This document shows positions 46,424 through 57,067 of a stretch of DNA of 64,000 bases, piece by piece. The notes below the pieces were generated by a model. It did no database searches. It worked only from the letters and a program-made list of their open reading frames with translations, and was not told where the DNA came from. Where the stretch lies: positions 62,001 through 126,000 of the forward strand of contig CBFDEM010000046.1 of NCBI GenBank assembly GCA_965603825.1. The letters are read 5' to 3'. The position numbers were made by a program, and so were the translations under genes. This stretch comes from Blepharisma stoltei ATCC 30299 (Eukaryota > Protista > Ciliophora). The number at the start of each line of letters is the position of its first letter. Within the stretch, counting starts at the first letter, position 1.

Positions 46424-46867
46424 ATGGCATCCAATAGCCAATTCCAAACTGAGCGCAAAAAGGCATTCGAAGAAACTAAAAAACTCAACATAAGATTCCA
46501 AAGAGCTCAAGAAGATATTTTAGATTATGGTGACAAGCTCTGGGAGCTTCATATGGATTGTTATATGGACGGCAAAGACAAGTGTGTCCAAATGTATAAT
46601 CAAGCTTTTCTGCAATGAAATAAGCTAAGAAGACGTAAAGCAGATGCCAAAAATTGCATTAAAAAGTGTGATGAGCTTAAAGATCCAACTTCCAGGATTA
46701 AAAAAGATATTTTGAATGAGAAACATTTAGAATGCTATAAACGAGCCCATGAATGCGCGAGACAATGCACTGTTAAAGCTTTTGATTGGCTAGGAGAAGA
46801 GCAGGAATTTTTAAGAAAAAGTTTAGAGAAAATGAGGGAAGAGTTCTATCCGACAGAGAAAAAATAA
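46424..46867 (+). CDS. FAM136A/DUF842-like Cx3C protein, 147 aa
   Basis: Extends through TGA at 46616; DCY..DKC, CIKKC and CARQC motifs in a helical protein. Confidence 0.5.
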
Positions 46868-47302
46868 TAAGCTAATGATCATGAGAGTTAAGATGTTTAA
46901 AGAAAAATAGATTTTTAATGGAAATATTGGAGATGAGATCTGTATAATCTTAGGCTGAAAATGGTATTTTATTTTAGAAAAAGATAGTTTTAAATTCGCT
47001 AATGATTAAAATAAATAGAAGGCTAAACATGATAGGCATATATTTTCTTGGAGCTATAAGGTGCAGAGTCTATGTGTTTTAAGCTATTCAAAAAGATGCA
47101 TCTTTGGAGATTCTCTAAATAGTGCAATTTATTATAGCTAGCCTAGCTAAAATCATTTCATTTGTGAACTCTTTTATCATATCTAGTATAAATGCTCAAA
47201 TTTTAATGTCAGGAAAAAATTGGCTAGATAATGCTTGTAGTTACTTAGGTAAGCATATTTTTTTTCTCAAATTTAAATTAGTAAAGGTATTAAATTCAAG
47301 TT

Positions 47303-48238
47303 TTAACATCTATTACTCAATTGTAGTCGTAAATTTTCAATCCAGCCTTGACTTATATTTGGCTTGATTTTCTTTTCATTATTTATTTCTGTAGATAACT
47401 TTAACTCAAATTCTTGAATTTCTTTATCAACTTCTGATAGGGTTTCATTTACCTGGGATTTTTTTTTGCGTTTTCTTGATTTTTTTTTCTTTTGGGCAGC
47501 TTGAGGCTCTTCACTATTTTTTTCATCATTACTTTTAAGATCTGTAGGCGACTCCTTCTGAATTTTTTCTCAATAATCTAAAATTGTATTTGAGTTGATT
47601 TTTAAATCTAATTCTGGGAATGAATTTTTTTCTTTTTCATAAGAATCTTCACAATTAGACCTTTGGGTTATACGGCTGAGAAATTTATCATCGCTTAATT
47701 TCTCATAAAATAGCATTCTTGTCATAGATAAAAGAGTGTGCTCAGGCTTTGAATCATCCCCAAAAATGCACCTAGTTAAATTGGCGGCTTCTTTTGATGC
47801 ATAAACCAAAATATTGTACGCATCTAAAACAACTCTCATGATTATTCCTGAATTTGATTTTATATCAGAAATTAGCTGTCCAATGAAATTGTCTAAATGG
47901 GCACAAAAGATGTGCTTGATCTCATTACTTGGGTCATATTTTTGTACTTGGCATAAAATTATAGGAATTGTATCATTTTTCAATATTCCTGCTGGAAAAG
48001 AGTAAGACTTGTTGCTTAGGCCTGATTTTGTGCGGTGTAAAAGCTCTTTGAACAAATCGTAGCATTTGGTGTATAAAGTTTTTAATTCATCGATAAATTC
48101 CTCTTTGGCTTGCTGAATTTCTGACAAACTAAGTGGGTTTTCACCTAGAAATGAGCTGAAATCAGCTGAGATTTCATGTGAGCTGATAATTATTTCTTTC
48201 ACTTTAGTGACTGTCCTGATTTTTGACTTTTTACCCAT
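47303..48238 (-). CDS. Hypothetical protein with basic NLS-like patch and DKEIQEF..KL...KIKPNIS..WI C-terminal motif, 311 aa
   Basis: Extends through TGA at 47570 to TAA at 47303. Confidence 0.7.
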
Positions 48239-48996
48239 TTTATAAATGGATGCTTTATTTTGTAGTTTCTCTTATTTGAAATTGAGGATAAATTGAAAAG
48301 TATATTTATATTGCATAATGATATAAAATAAATCTTAAGGGTTTTTAAAGCCAAAAATTTTTTTTTTTTTTAAAAATTTTCTCATAAGTTAAGTTCAAGG
48401 ATAAATTTCATGAGGTTTCACAAACTTTAATTGCTTATTATTCAGAAAACATTTTCTATATAGACTAAGATAGTTAAAATTAGCCATTTTTATGAATAGT
48501 GAAATTTGAATTTTGAGTCAAATTTAAATAAAATATTTAATTGCGGAATTATTGCATCAAATTTTTACTGAAAAAATAAAAGATTTTATAAGCTTTAATT
48601 TTATAGTATTATCTATCAAAAACTTTTAAGTTTATTTTTAAAAATTAAAGTTCAGATTAAATCTACTATATTGTTATATGAAATTTATTACGAATTTATT
48701 AGCGATTAGGCATTTCCCACACATGTTCTAGGGTTTTTTAAAAATATTTTCTGAAAAATAAATAAAATTAGTTAAAAATTCCAAAAACATCTGAATTCAC
48801 AAACGATATTAATAAATGCTGGCAGGCTGAGACCAAAAGAAATCAATGAAAGATTAACCTTTTCTTACAAAGTTTATTTTTTTTATTATTTCTCAGTTTC
48901 TGTCAAGAAAAATCCAAAAAATAAATTTCTATTATGGCCAAATTTATTCTAGAATACCATTAATGGAAAGATATTTAGCACTATAATAATATATAA

Positions 48997-49491
48997 ATGG
49001 ATCCAATTATGAAAAGCGAACTTTACAGCATGTTTCTATGGCCCTTTGACAGCGAAATTCCTTACCTTCCTCACATTAATGCTTTTGGGGACGATACCTA
49101 TGCGAAGTCAAAGCCATCTTTCACCCCCAAAATATTTAATTGCACAAGTGTTCAGTGTTGTCAGCAGAAAAACACAAAAACCACTGGAGATATCAGAAGT
49201 ATCATATGTGAGCTTTGTGGGAGATCATTTAAAAACTATAAAGGTTTAAAGCAACACTCAGGAAAACTGCACAGTAAAAATGACAAAATTTATCATTGCT
49301 CAATTTGTGAAAAAAAATTCAACAACAAGTTTGTTGCCAAATACCACACCGAGCAAGTTCACCAAGACAAGAAAAAGGTTATGTGTCCTCTCTGCAAATT
49401 GGTTTTCTATAACAAATACGTTTTAGAAAAACATGACAAGCTAATGCATGCATCAAACCTATCAGACACAATGGATATTGAAAAACATTAA
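48997..49491 (+). CDS. C2H2 zinc-finger protein (3 fingers)
   Basis: CELC..F....GLKQH...H; CSIC..F......H...VH; CPLC..F.....LEKH...MH. Confidence 0.88.
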   Translation: MDPIMKSELYSMFLWPFDSEIPYLPHINAFGDDTYAKSKPSFTPKIFNCTSVQCCQQKNTKTTGDIRSIICELCGRSFKNYKGLKQHSGKLHSKNDKIYHCSICEKKFNNKFVAKYHTEQVHQDKKKVMCPLCKLVFYNKYVLEKHDKLMHASNLSDTMDIEKH

Positions 49492-50880
49492 GTGTTTTAT
49501 TACATTAAATTATCGCGATTAAATAACTAAAAATTTGCTTAGATAAGTTATATTCGGAGTTTCCATTTGAAATTAGACAAATCAGTGTTGACAGCTTAGG
49601 TAAATATGGCTTCGTTTTTGTTCAAATTTTGCATCAAATCTCTAAGGAAGCACCTCATGGACTTAGTTTCTAATTGTAGAGAATTAGCAATCGGCTTATG
49701 AGATAAAAATACATATCAGAACTTTCAAGTTCCCAAATTCGCAACCATCTTAAAAAAAAAAACAAAAGACTTTGACTTTTTAATTGGTTAAATTCACTTT
49801 CAAAAGAAAAGAATTCTATGGTGTGATTATTAAGCAAATGTACTTTCAAATTTAGTCTCGAAAAACTTTCGTTAATTATTTTTTTCTATCGTGAATTTCT
49901 GGATTTTTTATCATTTAATTCTGGAATTTAAATTAAGTTAATTTGTAAGAGACTTATTTTTAATTTTTTTGGTTTATAGATTAGAATTTTGCATGATGGA
50001 GAGGAAACTGATTTTTGGATAAAAATATTATTAGATATGTAACTCTTGATAGAAAAATGGCTAAAAATTTCGGTCCTTTGTATTTTACTAAAACTCACTT
50101 CTAAGTGTTATTATAACTTGACATTGGAGCAATATCATATGTGGTTAAAATTCATTTTCTGACGAAAACCTTTATAACCATAAAATTTTTTGATTATTTT
50201 CTCTTGTAACGATTATCATAATTATTTATTTTTTGGAATTATTTGTGTTTATGATATAAATTACAATTTTAAGATTATATGCTGATTATTAAAAGAATGG
50301 ATAACCTAGTATGATTTATATTATATTGTTTTATTAATCTCTTTCAAAAAAGCATTCTAATTTCCAATTAGATTTGTTTAAATTAAATAAAATCAATAGG
50401 GTTTACTTTTTATTAAAAGCACTCCAGCTATTAAAATGCATATCTTTTACAAAATATAAAGCAAACTTGCACTTCTTGGTGAAGGGTAATTTTTTGTATG
50501 ACTTTAGGTAATTAATTAAGTATTAAATATTTATATACCTTTATAAAATTATAAAGATAGTCATTATGGCAAAGTCCTTATTTTACTTTGTTTCAAAATA
50601 TTGGCACTTTTCTGGTGTAAATATTTTATTTAATGAATATTTACAAATGAATATGGATTTCGCTAATATAATACCATAATTTTTATCATCCTGTAAATTA
50701 TTCAAAAAATAAGTCATTTATTGAGCTTGAGGAAAATTTCCGCATCTAGAGAAATGCAATTATATTTTATCCGCAGTTTCATTAATTTTTAAAGATTTAA
50801 CTTTAATCTATTTTAAGAATTTTTAATCCAATTTTTGAAATACAGATACCTGAGGAAACTTAAATAAATTTACATCAATA

Positions 50881-51552
50881 ATGAATATTGAAGAACTTGA
50901 AGGATATATGAATAAAATTATTGAAATACAAAACAAACGAGAAAATGAGTCTCACAAAAAACGAAAAAATATTAGAATGCAGCTATTAAAGCACGTTAAA
51001 TCAGCCCAAGATATTTCAATTATCCAAAATAATTCTCAAGAAATAACTAAAATTGGGAAAAAGAAGTTCAGTCGATACATAGAAGAACCAACTGAATCCA
51101 GCGAATTTTCTCAAATTTTAAATGTCTACAATGAAAATCATGAGGCAAAGGTGAATTCCTACACCCTTTCTCAAGCAGATGAGCCGATGTCTCCATCTAA
51201 AAAGTAGAATTTACTTAGGAATCATGGAGGAAATTCACATGTAATAAAGTCAATTTTATCAAGCATTTGCTTACCTGGAGAATCAAATACTTCCAAACGA
51301 GAAGAATTGTGGCAAAAAATTGAAGAAGTCAGCTGAACCAACTGATTCATCGTTGTCTTCAAAGAGACTAATGAAAATGGATTTGCAGTATATGGAAGAA
51401 AACCTGGAGTACTTAACTTAATTGCAGGAGGGTTAAATATGCCTAAAAAAATTCCAATTAAAAGAATAGAGACTAGCTATGTATATGATCTCAGCATGCG
51501 AAAATTTAAATGGAGCAAGTATTGCTGGGACGTTGATGCCGTTGTTATATAA
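50881..51552 (+). CDS. Small CKK-domain (CAMSAP/patronin-type) microtubule-binding protein, 218 aa
   Basis: After intron 51204-51218: N.HVIKSILSSICLPGESN..KR...FIVVF...Y...PKKI...IE..YVYD...RKF...DAVVI; two TGA=Trp. Confidence 0.7.
51204..51218 (+). other. 15-nt intron GTAGAATTTACTTAG
   Basis: Contains the in-frame TAG that ends ORF 50881-51207. Confidence 0.85.
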
Positions 51553-51596
51553 AAGTTTGACATAATTCTTTAATTTTTTAAATGCATAATTATTTT

Positions 51597-53321
51597 TTAT
51601 TTTCCTATCAGAGGTATTATGCAGTGTGTTAAATAAGACTCATAAGGGCTTCCTTTTGCTGCCTTTTTCACCTCTTTTCGATCTGCATCTAACAAAGCTA
51701 GTGCTAAATCGGCGAATTTTAAATACCAATGTAAAATCTGTTTTTCGCCTTGTCTCATTAGCACGCAGTTTCTTTGGTTTTCAGTTAGATCAGTCCTTTC
51801 TAAAATTTGACCGTCTTCTTCTAAAGTTTCTGGATATAAAGCTATACCATTTTCTGAAAGCTTTTTAACATGCTGCAGAACTCTTTTTTCATTTGCCAAA
51901 GAAATTGGCTTAACTTTGCTAGGTTTGAAGCCTGGCTGATCCTCTTCTTGGCACTCTTCCATTATTCTTGGCAAAATTGAAATATCATTCAGCTCCAAAA
52001 ACCTTAAAAATCCCAGAAATTCGTTAAAAACGTTTTCTTTCTCATCAGCTTGGACTCTAAAAGTTTGTGATGAATTTCCATCAATTAGGCTTCTTTTTGT
52101 CATTAAATTAGGGTCTTCTTCTCTTAATTTGCATTTAAATGGATATTCATTGGCATCATTATTTCTCACAATAAAGCCATAATTTAATAAAAATCTTGAG
52201 TTGCATTTTTTACCATAACTGTCTAATACTTCAATTCCTCTTTCAATATCTTCCATAGCTTCAATAATAAAACCATTTTTTGATTCTTCATAAGACCATG
52301 TAGTTTGTCGAGGTCTTCTATGATTTAACATATCAGCAAGAGGGACAAAACCATCAGTTTTATTTCCATCTATTTGCATTCCAAAAATTCTGGAGCTTAC
52401 ACCCATTCTGATTTTAGAAAATTCAAAAAGAGGGAAGTTTGCAAATTCTGGGACAGCGTCTACAATACAATTATAATCCTCCTCAATGTCTTGTATTTTT
52501 TCATTTACCTGATCCAAAAATGGAGATCCAGTCAGCCACTCTTTATCTTCATCTGTATAAAATATTGGAAAATTAGAATAGCTCTCAGGCAAAATATCTA
52601 AATAAGGCTTCCACCAGCTTTCCTCTTTTGCTTTTTCCTGCAATATAAATGAAGATAAAAATGAGTGCTTAGGAGACAATAAATTTAAATTCGCCGCAAC
52701 CATTTTTTGGCCAATTGGAGTTGCTTTTGCCATTTCCAATGTAATTATATGAGATCTTGGGATAACCACTATGCATTCATTTTTAGCTATAAAAGTTGTA
52801 CTGTGGACTCCTCTATAGTCTTTTGAATAAAACCTCAGCTTTATTTTTGGAAATTTCGCTCCTCCTTCAATCAGCCAATTAAACAGGTTTTCAAACTTTT
52901 TCCTTTCTGGGTGGTCCAAAGGAAGTGCAGTCTCAATCTCCATATCAGCTTCAATTTCTTTTTTTAATGCTAATAGTTCTGTAAACTCAGGGTTAATTGC
53001 AAGCCCACGATGTACATAATCAATTGCTTCTTGGAATCTGCTTAATTCCCTGTGAGCAACTGCCATACGGTAGTAGCCTTTGATTCAGTTAGGGTCAGTT
53101 TCTATAGCTTTGGCTGAATCTGTGATTGCGTCTTCATAGCGGCGAAGCTCTATATAAGCTGATGCTCGATTAGTTAGAAGTATAACATGAGCTGGGTCTA
53201 ATTCGAGGCCTTTTGTGTATAATTCAAGAGCCCTCGAAAAATCGTGCATGTTGAAAGCAGAGTTACCTTTTTCTTTGAAGGATTCTGGAGTATCTCGCTT
53301 CTTTTTGCTCTTGCCACCCAT
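51597..53321 (-). CDS. TPR + SETD3/Rubisco-LSMT-type SET methyltransferase, 574 aa
   Basis: KEKGNSAF..NRASAY..DPN[W]IKGYYR TPRs (TGA at 53085); RGV, SSRIF, VPLADMLNH, SYG...N..FLLNYGF. Confidence 0.9.
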
Positions 53322-53426
53322 TTTTAGAGGTTTATTAGAAGAAAATAAGGTCAGTTATAGAAGTCTAAGAGAAAGCAAAATTTTTAGAAATTTATTCTTG
53401 AAAAATTTGATATTAAGTTACGCTTT

Positions 53427-56325
53427 CTAAAATATAAAGCATTTTTCTTTCTCTTTTTCGACCTTAGGTTTTTTACCAGAAACTTTAGAGCTTCCCAGGC
53501 TTCTCACACTCCTCGTTATCGCCGTCCTCTTAAGAACTACTTCTCCCTCATTTATAGGCAAGTTACTCATATTCCTAGCAGTATTTTTCATAACATTATC
53601 CACGCACGGTGCTTTCGCAGGCGTGCTCTTATAGGTCGGCTTCTGACTCTGAATTTTTTGTGTTTCTTCCTTCATAGCCATTCCAGTCCCAAACACCGAA
53701 ATTGCTAACTTTTTAGTTTGCATATAATTGCACAAGAAATCGTCTACGAGGACACTAGTAAATTGTTCCTTATAGTTAAAATTAGGGTGTTCTGAATAGC
53801 CAGGAAACACATTAGTTCTACGTATCCCAAGGCCTGGGAAGTGGTACTCACAATACACGTTATTTGCGTGGGATAAAGGAATATTCCAAGCCTCATGGAT
53901 TTCGACACGGAAATTTATGAGGGATCCAATAAGTTCTTCAGGGTTTTCTGGGCCTTCATCTAGCATGCTGCCATCTTCGTCTGTAGGGACAATGTTCATT
54001 TTAAGAAGTCCTGCGTCTCCTCCGCTTGTACTAATTATAAGAATGTTAAAAGGGTTATCAAATAACAGCCCAAGGGGTTTTAAAGAATAATAGCCTTTTC
54101 CAAGTATATTTTCTTCTGGAGGATCCCATAGTGGATCTTCTTCAGGTGAAGGGTCAGTTTGCTCGTCTAGCATTTCTCTGAGCATGCAAAGCCTATCTTC
54201 GAATTTTTCTACATCCCATAGCCAAATTAAGCCGTAATCTTGGTTTTGTACTTCGACTTTAAGTTCTTTTTCCCAATAATCAGGCTCCAAATCTTCTTCT
54301 TTTTCGACCTCATCAGGAAGAAGATTGATGATTTTTACATTGAATTTTACATGTCGGCTTAAATCTGTCGCTATTAAATTGGCTTCGTTTACAAGTGGGA
54401 AAAGTTTGGCAAACCGGGATCGAAGCTGGCGTTTTTTACTGTTTGGCTCAAGCTCTGGAGGGACTTCAAGGGCTGAAGCATGCTCTTGTGGAGGCTCAGC
54501 TGAATTTTCATGGTTTTCAGGGTGGGCTTCTGGCTCAGTTACACTGCGCTTTTTAGACTCTTCATGAGGAATTGAAGCAGTATTTATTAGGATTGGGGAT
54601 GGAGGCCGTGGAGGCAGTTTTGATATTTCTTTTTCCAGCTCTAATTGTTGAGATTCGTTTTTTTCCTCAATTGCAAATTCATAGTCAATATCATTTTCTT
54701 TGTATTTTGAGTCTTCTCCAGGTCTTTTGAATAAGTAAATTTGATTTGTCCCTATAATGATTCTGTCCAGGTGCTTAAGAATAACTTTTTCATAAACTTT
54801 TTGACCGTTTACATATAAAAATTCACTACAAGAGGGTTCTATAGGTTCCGACGTGATATTTTCATTTTCATCTTTATTAAAAATACAATGCCTCGGTCTA
54901 ACACTAAAATTCGCAATAATTATATCTGGCTTTGGGTTTCCAATTTTCCTACCCACAACCAATGGTACATTATCAAAATTATATACAATTTTTCCAGAAA
55001 GCAAATAATCTTCACTAATATTGGTAATATGAGGCCCAGACCTGTCAATTTCTGGCTCAAATTCTTCTTGAATAGCTTCTCTTTGCTGCTGCAGGCTCAT
55101 ACTTTGCGCAGATAAAAATTTCTCATTTGCTTCTAGCATTTCTCTAAGCTCCCTTAATCTTTTAATACCTCTTGCTTTTTCAATTAAAGATTTTAACTCT
55201 TCGTTTTCTTTACTAAGTTCTCTAATGATTTTATCTTCTGGAGACGCATTAACAACTGCATGATTTTTTATATTTTTTATAAAAATAGGCTAAGTGTAGA
55301 TAGTGTTTCTTCATAATTTACAGCAGCAGGTGAAAGTGCACAAACCATGACAGTTTTACTGTTTCCTCCCAAAGCATTTTGCAGGATTCTTGTGAGTGCT
55401 GAATCTCTGTATGGGATCACAATATCATTTTTATTGTCTTTTCCTGACAATTTTTCAGCTAAAGCTTCAATAACTGACCCTAATACGATCAAAGATTTAT
55501 TAATAGCGCATTTTTTTTTAAGTCTTTCTCTAGTAGCTCCTGTTTGGTTAGCATTTTCACTGCCCGCTAAATCAACCAGATTAATAACAGAAATTTTTCC
55601 TGTTTTTGTGTCATTATTTATCATAATTTGCTTAAACTCTATAGTAAAAATTGTATGAGCTCGGCTGCTTGTAGCATTCATCTGTGTTGACCCAATTGAC
55701 CTATTTGTGTTTCCTTTTTCAATCAATTTTTCAATTTCCGCATATGAGCTGACAGGGTGTTTTGATAAATTTTCGACAAAAACCCCATAACTTTGCTTTC
55801 TCTGATTTTAAGGCCTCCTTGCGGTCTTTGGTTTATAGGGATTAACAAATCCTGTACTTTTTCATTGTAAATTTCAAGGATACTCACCATAACTTCAAAC
55901 ATTAAATTCGGGTTCGGATTTTTATTAATTCTGATAAAGATTTCTTCTGAACACAATGGGATAATGCCTTTATTAGCTCCATATCCTACCATCGAATAGG
56001 ATTTTCCTGAGCCAGTTTGTCCATATGCAAAAAGGCAACAATTGTAACCTTCCCAAGCGTTGTTTAAAACTTGTTCTCCAAGCTTATGGTACACTATTTC
56101 CTGGTCTGCATATTGATCGTCAGCTCTGAGCAGGTAGCCATCTTCTCTTTCTGCGAAGCCATCGTGAGATCAAAATAAATAATCAAATCAATATTTTCTA
56201 GTATTGCCAGTTTTTGGGTCAGTAATTATAGTGGCTCGACCATCCATTTTGATACAAAGCTGAGCGCCTAAGTCCTTTTCTCTAGTGTTAAAAGGACGTA
56301 CCCTGACAGCAACTTTTATATTCAT
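53427..56325 (-). pseudogene. Kinesin-3 duplicate with disrupted motor; 570-aa tail ORF 53427-55139 intact
   Basis: 1-nt deletion near 55788; 4-nt-shorter replacement with TAA near 55270-55290 destroying LRYADRAK; tail uninterrupted. Confidence 0.8.
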
Positions 56326-56516
56326 ATTCGTCATAAGTAAAAATTTTTCATATAAATTCGATTGAGATTCTACATTTTTTTGTTGAAGCAATTACAGGAT
56401 TTTAATATAAAAATTTCATTGGAAGTCCTTAAAATCCTAAATTTAATTAAAATGTGATGTAATATACTTAAGTTGTTTTAAAATTCAACATTAAATGATT
56501 TTTAAATTAATTTTAA

Positions 56517-56999
56517 TTTCCCAGTAAGATTTTGCTGCATTAAATTTCAATCTTAGCCTCGAAAGATACTCATCCATGTGAGCTAATATACTGAAGTGGG
56601 ATTTATAAGCTTGGAATTTAGAAGATATATTTGCTAAATAGTCTTGGCTAAAAACCTCAATTCTTTCAAAATGCTGATCTTCATTGAAAAACTTTTTCCT
56701 TGTAAAAATCTGCCGACTTTGTCTAAAACTTCTCACTTGCTGTCAAAAACTTCAAGAATTTTTGCAATTGCATCTGGGTCGTAACCTGCAAAGTAATCGG
56801 TATAAAAATATCTCTATGGACTTCATAAATCATATTGATATAATTTTGCTTAATTATTGTATTTTCAAGATAAGCTGGGTTGTATTTTAAAGCTATATAA
56901 ACAAAAATTGCGTAACTTTCAGTTAGCTTTATGTCCTCTTCAGTAAAATAAGGAAGATTTGGAAATTCAAAGCCAAGATGATATTTATCTTTGGAAATC
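56517..56999 (-). pseudogene. 5'-truncated GST duplicate
   Basis: Aligns to 60180-60699; lacks the first ~40 codons; internal deletion of the PTFVDFYAHEL region. Confidence 0.85.
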
Positions 57000-57067
57000 T
57001 AAGCTCCGAGAGAAAGAATTTTTTTAAAAAAATTATTCTTGAAACATTTGATATTAAGTTACGCTTT

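Noticed and set aside
48240-50880. Long AT-rich spacers as retained IESs or transposons; 61-aa ORF at 49606-49791
   Set aside because: No terminal inverted repeats, transposase remnant or interrupted gene visible; the ORF is weak
55270-55290. AT palindrome TTTTTATAAAAA at the second kinesin lesion
   Set aside because: Could be a template-switch scar, but is too low-complexity to support
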